NCBI GenBank assembly: GCA_963771175.1
Contig: CAVYSY010000005.1
Location: 1 to 64,000 of the forward strand
Length of the DNA: 64,000 nucleotides
Source of the DNA: an uncultured delta proteobacterium
Lineage (GTDB): Bacteria > Myxococcota > Myxococcia > Myxococcales > Myxococcaceae
Reading direction: 5' to 3'
The first letter of the stretch is position 1. Each line of letters starts with the position of its first letter. The position numbers and the translations under genes were made by a program. Of this stretch, positions 10,408 through 17,051 are shown in pieces. The notes under the pieces are model-generated. The model did no database searches, had not been told where the DNA came from, and saw nothing but the letters and a program-made list of their open reading frames with translations.

Positions 10408-10692
10408 GTGCCGCTCCTTCCTCTCGCCGCCCTGTTCGGGGTCATCACGCTCGTCTGCGCCGTCTTCCTGCTCGTCCACGCGTTCCGCCGCAGCCTGGGG
10501 ACCGGGATGATGGTGCTGCTGGTGCCCTGCTACATGCTCGTGTACGCGTTCAGCCAGTTCGAGCACCCGCGCAAGAACCTCATCCTCGCGGGCTTCTTCG
10601 GCGGCTCGGTGCTGGCCGCCGTGTTCCTCGGCCTGGGCGCCCACACGTTGGAGCAGGTGATGCTCCGGCCGCCCCCGCCGCCCGTCTTCTGA
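10408..10692 (+). CDS. Hypothetical small membrane protein
   Basis: 3' end of long ORF 8716-10692; hydrophobic helices around LVHAFRRSLGTGMMVLLVPCYMLVYAFSQF. Confidence 0.65.
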   Translation: MPLLPLAALFGVITLVCAVFLLVHAFRRSLGTGMMVLLVPCYMLVYAFSQFEHPRKNLILAGFFGGSVLAAVFLGLGAHTLEQVMLRPPPPPVF

Positions 10693-10701
10693 CGCGCGCC
10701 C

Positions 10702-11175
10702 GTGGAGACGTCCGCCCCCGCGAGCCCGCGCTGTCCCGCGCACCAGCGGGTCGCCGTGGCCACCTGCGCTCGCTGCGGCACCTTCCTGTGCGGTGAGTGC
10801 ACCGAGTTGCTCGGCGAGGCCGCCTATTGTGCCTCGTGCGCGGCCCTCGTCGCGCCGCAGGTGGGCCCCATTCCCCTCGGTCTCCTGGCGGTGTCCGGCC
10901 TGGTGCTGCTCGGGATGCTCTCCACCGCGGCGGCCTTCCTCCCCTTCTTCCCGTCCATCCTCAGCTTCCCCCGGTGGGTGCTGCTCGGGGCCTCGGGCGT
11001 GGCGGGGCTGTGGGTGCCGACACGGGTGCTTCACCGCATCGACAGCGGGCGGGGTCCTCGACGGGCGCGACTCCTCGCCCGATGCACGCGCTGGCTCGCC
11101 AGTGTGAACCTGCTCGTCTTCCTGCTCTCGCTCGCGTGGATGCTGTTCCTGCTCCGCGCGGCCCGGCCAGGCTGA
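10702..11175 (+). CDS. Membrane protein with N-terminal B-box-like zinc finger
   Basis: CPAH...CARCGTFLCGEC...YCASC followed by three TM segments. Confidence 0.6.
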   Translation: METSAPASPRCPAHQRVAVATCARCGTFLCGECTELLGEAAYCASCAALVAPQVGPIPLGLLAVSGLVLLGMLSTAAAFLPFFPSILSFPRWVLLGASGVAGLWVPTRVLHRIDSGRGPRRARLLARCTRWLASVNLLVFLLSLAWMLFLLRAARPG

Positions 11176-11196
11176 GCCCTCGGGGCCGCGCGCCCA

Positions 11197-11889
11197 TCAC
11201 ACCCCGCGCTCGTTCGGGTCCCAGATGTACTTGTGCATCTGGAGCTGGAAGCGCACCGGGAGCCGATCCTCGATGACCCACTCGGCCAGCTCCTTCGTGG
11301 TGAGCTTGCCGTAGACGGTGGAGAAGAGCATCCCGTACGGCTTCTCCAGCAGCCGGTGCTCGGCGATGAGCCGCTTGGACCACTCGTAGTCCTCGCGGCT
11401 GCCGATGACGAACTTGAGCTCGTCGTTGGCATTCATCGAGGAGAAGTTCCGGTAGTCGTTCCGGTCACTCTCTCCCGAGGACGGCGTCTTCATGTCCACG
11501 ATTTTATGGACGGCCGGAGGCACCAGCCGCACGTCGATGGCGCCGCTCGTCTCCAGCAGTACGATGAGCCCCGAGGCCAGCAGCTCCTCCATCAGTGGGT
11601 ACACCCCGGGCTGCAACAGGGGCTCGCCGCCCGTCACCTCCACCCGCTGCGCTCCGAGCGCCTTCACCTGGGCCACCACGTCCGGAATCTTCATGCGCGA
11701 GCCGCCGTGGAAGGCGAACTCGCTGTCGCAGTAGGTGCAGCGCAGGTGGCAGCCGGTGAGCCGCACGAAGGAGCAGAGCAGCCCCGCGTGCGAGGACTCG
11801 CCCTGCACGGAGAGGTAGATCTCCTTCACCACCACGGAGTCAGCGGTGGGAACACGACGGGGCTCGATGTGGGGGCGGGCGACGGGCAT
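11197..11889 (-). CDS. queE: 7-carboxy-7-deazaguanine synthase (radical SAM)
   Basis: EIYLSVQGE, CHLRCTYCD (CxxxCxxC), VTGGEPLLQ, ETSG, QLQMHKYIW. Confidence 0.92.
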   Translation of the reverse strand: MPVARPHIEPRRVPTADSVVVKEIYLSVQGESSHAGLLCSFVRLTGCHLRCTYCDSEFAFHGGSRMKIPDVVAQVKALGAQRVEVTGGEPLLQPGVYPLMEELLASGLIVLLETSGAIDVRLVPPAVHKIVDMKTPSSGESDRNDYRNFSSMNANDELKFVIGSREDYEWSKRLIAEHRLLEKPYGMLFSTVYGKLTTKELAEWVIEDRLPVRFQLQMHKYIWDPNERGV

Positions 11890-12037
11890 GGGGGATCCGG
11901 GGGCTGCTTCAACCCCACCCGGGTGGTGGATGCAAGCGGAGACGCCCCTCGGACTCCAACCGTCTGTTTCCTCTCGGGATTTCCAGGCGCCTGCCCTCCT
12001 CGGGAGGGAGCGGGCTCCCGAGAGGCGGCGTGGGGCC

Positions 12038-12871
12038 TCAGCCCGGGGTGTTCCGTGCCTTCACCTGGGCGAGGAAGCCGTCGATGAGCTGCCGGGCGAT
12101 GCTCAGGCGCGGGGGGAGGTTCGGGAGGTTGTCGGGGGTGAACCAGCCCGCCTCGGCGATCTCCTGACCATCCACCTGGATGTCGCCACCGGCGTACTCG
12201 GCGGTGAAGCCCAGCATCAGCGAGCGGCCGAAGGGCCACGGTTGGCTGCCGAAGTAGCGGAGGTTCTTCAGCTCCACCCCCACCTCCTCCTTCACCTCGC
12301 GCACCACCGTCTCCTCGAGCGACTCGCCGACGTCGACGAAGCCGGCCAGGGTGCTGAAGAAGGCCCCGGGGAAGTTGGCGTTGCGCGCGAGCAGCATGGC
12401 ATCGCCGCGGGTGATGAGCACGATGACCGCGGGGGAGATGCGCGGGTAGTAGGGCGTGCGGCAGACGGGGCAGCGGCGCGCGCGCTCGCCGGGGACGAGC
12501 ACCGTGGGCTGTCCGTCGCGCCCGCAGAAGCGGTGGGTGACGTCCCACTCGGCGATGGCGAGCGCCCGGCCGGCGACGCCGAAGAGGCCCTCGTCCACGC
12601 GGGTATAGAGGTTGCGCGCGGGGATGAGCTTCAGGCCGGCGGGAGGCTCGGTGTCCTTGGGGAGGGAGACGGCGTAGCAATCCACGTCGTCGAGCGTGCC
12701 GAGGAAGATCGCCTCGGTGGCGAGCGCGGGCAGCTCCGCGCCCGTGGGGATGTGGATGGAGCCCTCGCGCTCTCCGACGAGGAGGTCCAGGCCGCGCGCG
12801 ACGAAGAGCAAGGCGGTGTCGCGCGAGCGCGTGGGAGCATCATGTCCGGGGATGAATCGAGGTGAGCTCAC
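12038..12871 (-). CDS. nudC: NAD(+) diphosphatase (Nudix)
   Basis: HRFCG...CPVC zinc ribbon, YPRISPAVIV, Nudix box AGFVDVGESLEETVVREVKEEVG, SQPWPF. Confidence 0.93.
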   Translation of the reverse strand: MSSPRFIPGHDAPTRSRDTALLFVARGLDLLVGEREGSIHIPTGAELPALATEAIFLGTLDDVDCYAVSLPKDTEPPAGLKLIPARNLYTRVDEGLFGVAGRALAIAEWDVTHRFCGRDGQPTVLVPGERARRCPVCRTPYYPRISPAVIVLITRGDAMLLARNANFPGAFFSTLAGFVDVGESLEETVVREVKEEVGVELKNLRYFGSQPWPFGRSLMLGFTAEYAGGDIQVDGQEIAEAGWFTPDNLPNLPPRLSIARQLIDGFLAQVKARNTPG

Positions 12872-12940
12872 GCCCGGCACCTTAACGGGACGGGATGCGT
12901 TGGGGCAGGGGACTCGCCGCGACCGTGCTAGGAACAGGGC

Positions 12941-13405
12941 ATGCTCCGCACCTCGCTCCTGACGGCCCTCCTCTGCGTCTCCGCCGGCTGCGCCCGGGCT
13001 CCCGTCGTTCCCGTCCGCCACGTGGTGGGCACGGCGCAAGCGCCCACCTTCCGCATCGCCCAGGGCAAGGGCACGGCCATCCTGCTCGTCAACGAGGAGA
13101 CCGGGGCCCGCGCGGCGTCCATGGGCGTGTTGGAGCTCCAGGGTGGGGCCGGCGTGCCCGAGCACGTCCACGAGCACAGCGTGGAGATGCTCTACGTCGA
13201 GGAGGGCGATGCCGAGATGACCATCGAGGGACAGGTGCTGCCCGTGCGCTCGGGGGACGCCGTCTACATCCCGGCGGGGACCCGCCACGCGGCCCGGATT
13301 CCGGAGGGCACTCCGCGCTTCCGGGCCGTGCAGGTGTATGTGGGCCCTGGCCCCGAGCAACGCTTCCGCCAGGGGGTGTCCCTCGAGTCCGCCTCCTCTC
13401 CGTGA
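12941..13405 (+). CDS. Cupin-2 domain lipoprotein
   Basis: Signal ending SAGC; cupin motifs PEHVHEHSVEMLYV and GDAVYIPAGTRH. Confidence 0.85.
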   Translation: MLRTSLLTALLCVSAGCARAPVVPVRHVVGTAQAPTFRIAQGKGTAILLVNEETGARAASMGVLELQGGAGVPEHVHEHSVEMLYVEEGDAEMTIEGQVLPVRSGDAVYIPAGTRHAARIPEGTPRFRAVQVYVGPGPEQRFRQGVSLESASSP

Positions 13406-13408
13406 GGC

Positions 13409-13807
13409 CTACTTCTCCGGCTTGTGGGGAGGCAGCTCTTCGGGCAGCGGTATCCGAACCAGTTTCAGCCCCTTCGGCCCGTGGTCGAGCACCGTGAAGC
13501 CCTTGCCGGAGATCCTGACGAGCTGACCATCCCGGGCCGTCCCACTCGCGAGCCAGGCCTCCGCTTCCTCTCTCGACGCGAACGAGTGGGCGACCTTTAT
13601 CCCCTCGATGGCGGGCGTCGTGACTTTGCGAAAGAACTCGCGGAACTCCTCGAGCTTCTGGAGGTCGTCGCGGACGAAGAGCAACGCCGCCGCACAGACC
13701 CGGAGCGCCTCGTCTTCGGGTGTCCCCTCGGGGTGGTGCTTGCTCACGGTCTCCATGGTCCGAAGCACGGTGTCCACATCGAAGCTCTGGTTGTATTTCA
13801 TCGACAT
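13409..13807 (-). CDS. Hypothetical soluble protein, candidate immunity partner
   Basis: Intact 132-aa ORF about 40 nt downstream of the lipoprotein gene, sharing its AT-richer composition; no signal peptide. Confidence 0.7.
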   Translation of the reverse strand: MSMKYNQSFDVDTVLRTMETVSKHHPEGTPEDEALRVCAAALLFVRDDLQKLEEFREFFRKVTTPAIEGIKVAHSFASREEAEAWLASGTARDGQLVRISGKGFTVLDHGPKGLKLVRIPLPEELPPHKPEK

Positions 13808-13849
13808 GCCTTGGGGGAGCAATAGCGTGGTGTCGTGAATGACAGGCTT

Positions 13850-14329
13850 CTAGAGCGCGAGAGGCGCCAGGAGCAGCGCGCCGGCTCCGCCTGTGACAAG
13901 GATGAACGTGGTGCCCGCGACGATGACAACGGTTCCGAGTGCAATCTCTGACTTGTGGGCCCGAATCCAAGCGCGCGCCTTGTCGAGACTCGAGAACTCG
14001 AGGGGAGGACGTTTCTTCACTCGCTCCTCCTCTTCCTTCTCCTTCTCTTCAATGCATTGCATGTATTCCTTGCGGCACTTCTTGGTGCAGTATTCGTAGT
14101 ACCACTCGTTGTGTTCCGTGTGTGGATAGGGTTGCCGCGAGGACTCCCAGCATTGGTTGAAACACTTGTTGAGCTCGTCATCGCAGTCGTACCCGGAGCC
14201 CCCCGTCCCGAGCGCGCTGCCCACTCCGCTCGCGTCCTCATCCACCACGTAGGTCTGGGCCTTGCCCCGTACCGGTCCCACATGGCCGCAGCCGACGCAG
14301 GCCACCGCCACGGCACCCAGCAGCGCCAT
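13850..14329 (-). CDS. Cys-rich lipoprotein with hydrophobic C-terminal tail, candidate toxin
   Basis: RBS-like AAGAGGAG; lipobox-like CVGC; Cx6Cx3C...Cx3Cx6C; tail IALGTVVIVAGTTFILVTGGAGALLLAPLAL. Confidence 0.75.
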   Translation of the reverse strand: MALLGAVAVACVGCGHVGPVRGKAQTYVVDEDASGVGSALGTGGSGYDCDDELNKCFNQCWESSRQPYPHTEHNEWYYEYCTKKCRKEYMQCIEEKEKEEEERVKKRPPLEFSSLDKARAWIRAHKSEIALGTVVIVAGTTFILVTGGAGALLLAPLAL

Positions 14330-14478
14330 CAGCTTCAGGTCTCCTCTTTCAAGAGGCGTCAGGGTCCTCGCCGTCTCCCGAGCTCTCATCAAGGGCCCCA
14401 CGGTGTGCTCCGACTGCAGGGGAGCAGGTCAATCCATGCGGAAAAAACCTGAGTAATCTCAGGTATTTACGGGTGGAT

Positions 14479-14497
14479 GGGGGGGGGGGGGGGGGGG
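14479..14497. repeat. G19 homopolymer tract
   Basis: 19 consecutive G in the intergenic region between divergent genes. Confidence 0.9.
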
Positions 14498-14514
14498 CTG
14501 TACAAAGGTTCAGC
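14498..14514 (+). promoter_or_regulatory. Candidate myxobacterial LexA (SOS) box
   Basis: CTGTACAAAGGTTCAGC against the M. xanthus consensus CTRHAMRYBYGTTCAGS: both arms match, 3 mismatches in the central spacer. Confidence 0.45.
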
Positions 14515-14753
14515 GAGAACCTGCCCCGACGGATGGCTTCCGCCACCCCTCTCCCGTCCATGCGGATCCTTATGACGGATCGGCGGAGTCGACTCTAGGA
14601 GGCCGGGTCCTCCCTCCGCAATTTCACCCGCCTGGCTCGCGGCGGGCAGTGGACAGTGGGCGAGCCCTGGCCGTGAGCGCTCTCCCCCAGCAGGCGAGAG
14701 GCTCTCGGCAACCCCGGGGCCCATCCCGGGTTAGGATGGGAGTCCCCCGGGCC

Positions 14754-17048
14754 ATGGACTCTCCGCTGATGAACGACGACTCCTCCCAGTTCCCCCGCCC
14801 CCTCGGGCGCTACGAGCTCGTCCACCTGCTCGGACAGGGCGGCATGGGCGAGGTGTTCCTCGCCAAGATTTCCGGTGCCGCGGGCTTCGAGAAGCCCTGC
14901 ATCGTCAAGACGATCCTCCCCACGCTCCTCAAGGATCGGCAGTTCCTCGACCGCTTCCACCACGAGGCCAAGGTGCTGGTGCACCTCGTCCACTCGTCCA
15001 TCGCGCAGGTGTACGACATGGGCGAGGCCGAGGGCACCTACTACATGGCCCTCGAGTACGTGGCCGGCGTGGACCTGTCCTACCTCCAGGAGCAGGCTCG
15101 CACCGAGGGCCAGTCCCTCCCCGTGCCCGTGGCGCTCTACCTCGGCCAGCGCATCGCCGAGGGGCTCGGCTACGCCCACCGCAAGACGGGCCCGGACGGC
15201 CTGCCCCTGGGCATCGTCCACCGCGACGTCTCGCCCCACAACGTGATGGTCTCCTACGAGGGCGAGGTCAAGGTCATCGACTTCGGCCTCGCCAAGAGCG
15301 CCGCACGCAGCAAGTACACCCTGCCGTCCACCGTCATGGGCAAGCTGGGTTACATGTCCCCGGAGCAGGTGCGCGCCGAGGCCGTCGACCACCGCAGCGA
15401 CATCTACTCCTGCGGAGTGGTGGTGTGGGAGCTGCTCGCGGGCCGGCCCCTCGTCGCCCATGGCACCGTGGGCGAGATGATGGCCGCCATGTCCAACCCC
15501 ACGGTGCCCGCGCTGCATGAGCTCCGCCCGGACGTGGACCCGGCCCTCGACGCGGTGGTGCGTCGCGCGCTGGCCCCCAACCCCGCGGACCGCTACGCCC
15601 GCGCCGATGACTTCGCCCGCGCCCTCAACGAGCAGCTCCTGCGCACCGGCTCCTCCCTCGGAGCCGAGGAGGTGGGCAACTTCGTGCGCGCCCTCTGCCC
15701 GGAGGCCTTCGCTTCTCAGCGCAAGCTCCTCTCGCGCATCTCCAGCCCGGACCTCCGCCGCACGCCCGCGCCCGACGGCACCCTCGTTCCCCTGAACACC
15801 GCCCGGTACACCCCAATCCCCCTGCACCCGCCCAGCGCAACCAACACGGGCTACGAGGCCACCCTGGTGCGCTCGGCCAGCGGTACCGCCACGCCGACGG
15901 TGTCGCCCCAGTCCGGCTCCGGGCCCGTGGCCGTGAGCCGCAAGGGGTGGACGGTGGCGATCGTCCTCGGGGCGCTCGGCCTGGTGGGAGCCTCGGCGGG
16001 GGTGACCGCGGTCATGATGACCCGTCGTCCTCCGCCTCCGCCAATCGAGCAGGGGGGTCCTCCGCCTCCTCACGAGGGTGGGCCGGGAGGACCTCCCCCG
16101 CCGCACCATCGGCCCCCACCCCGTCCGGGCATGCCGCCTCCGGGTGGGCCCGAGGGTGAGCCGCCTCCGGGTGGGCCGGAAGGGGGCCCTCCTCCGTTTG
16201 GTGAAGTCCGGCCCGTTTCCGGTGGACCGGAGGCCGGGGCACCCGAAGCGAGCATGGCTCCGGGTGCGCTCGCGACCGCACCCACGGAGCCCGAGACTGG
16301 CTCGGCGCCGACGGAGGCCGCCGCACCGCCCGCGGAGCCGAAGAAGTCGGAAGCGGAGGCGTCTGCCGCCGGGTCGAAGCTCGTCCCCGCGGGGAATGTG
16401 GTGGGGATGCGGCCTGGCCCCGGTGGGCTCTACCTCATCCCGCAGCAGGGACGGCGGGCGGGGCTCACCCAGGGGATGGTCCTCCAGGTGGTGGCGGCGC
16501 CGGTGAAGGACAAGAAGGCGAGACTGCTCGGCGAGGCGACGGTGGTGAAGGTGCTGCCAAGGCGCACGCTGGTGCAGCTCGATGCCCGCGTGCGCGAGGC
16601 CGAGCAGGCCGAGTCCCTCTTCGTGGTGCTTCCCGAGGTGGTTCGTCCCGAGCGCTCCGCCGCGAAGGTCGAGCCCCAGGCGCCCGCCTCCCCGCCCGAG
16701 CCCCCGGTGGAGACCGCCACGCCGACGCCCACCGAGCCGGTTCCCGCTCCCGCTTCCGCCCCCACCAGCGAGCCGCGGGAGTTGAGCGGGCGCGTCTCGT
16801 TCAAGAGCATCGGCCCCTTCGCCAAGCACGTCATCCTCACCAACACGGACACCGTCCTCTGGAGCGGGTGCCTCCTCGTGATGGGGGGGCGGGACATGTA
16901 CAAGCTGGGCGGCATGGCCCCCGGCGGCTCGCGGGAGATTCCGCTGAGCGACTTCAAGCCAGGTGGCCGGGAAGTGCCCTTCGTGGGGAAGAACCGGCTC
17001 GGCCTCTTCTGTGCCGAGGGCGAGCGGCTGTTCCCCGCGAAGCTGTGA
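14754..17048 (+). CDS. Membrane Ser/Thr protein kinase with Pro-rich extracytoplasmic region
   Basis: LGQGGMGEV, HRDVSPHN, DFG, YMSPEQ; TM helix WTVAIVLGALGLVGASAGVTAVMM; PPPGGP repeats. Confidence 0.95.
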   Translation: MDSPLMNDDSSQFPRPLGRYELVHLLGQGGMGEVFLAKISGAAGFEKPCIVKTILPTLLKDRQFLDRFHHEAKVLVHLVHSSIAQVYDMGEAEGTYYMALEYVAGVDLSYLQEQARTEGQSLPVPVALYLGQRIAEGLGYAHRKTGPDGLPLGIVHRDVSPHNVMVSYEGEVKVIDFGLAKSAARSKYTLPSTVMGKLGYMSPEQVRAEAVDHRSDIYSCGVVVWELLAGRPLVAHGTVGEMMAAMSNPTVPALHELRPDVDPALDAVVRRALAPNPADRYARADDFARALNEQLLRTGSSLGAEEVGNFVRALCPEAFASQRKLLSRISSPDLRRTPAPDGTLVPLNTARYTPIPLHPPSATNTGYEATLVRSASGTATPTVSPQSGSGPVAVSRKGWTVAIVLGALGLVGASAGVTAVMMTRRPPPPPIEQGGPPPPHEGGPGGPPPPHHRPPPRPGMPPPGGPEGEPPPGGPEGGPPPFGEVRPVSGGPEAGAPEASMAPGALATAPTEPETGSAPTEAAAPPAEPKKSEAEASAAGSKLVPAGNVVGMRPGPGGLYLIPQQGRRAGLTQGMVLQVVAAPVKDKKARLLGEATVVKVLPRRTLVQLDARVREAEQAESLFVVLPEVVRPERSAAKVEPQAPASPPEPPVETATPTPTEPVPAPASAPTSEPRELSGRVSFKSIGPFAKHVILTNTDTVLWSGCLLVMGGRDMYKLGGMAPGGSREIPLSDFKPGGREVPFVGKNRLGLFCAEGERLFPAKL

Positions 17049-17051
17049 GCC

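Noticed and set aside
11890..12037. preQ1 riboswitch upstream of queE
   Set aside because: No recognisable preQ1 stem-loop with A-rich tail on the coding strand.
16025..16200. Short direct repeats (ccgcctccgggtgggcc) as a CRISPR or other array
   Set aside because: In-frame PPPGGP coding repeats in the kinase; no unique spacers, no cas genes.
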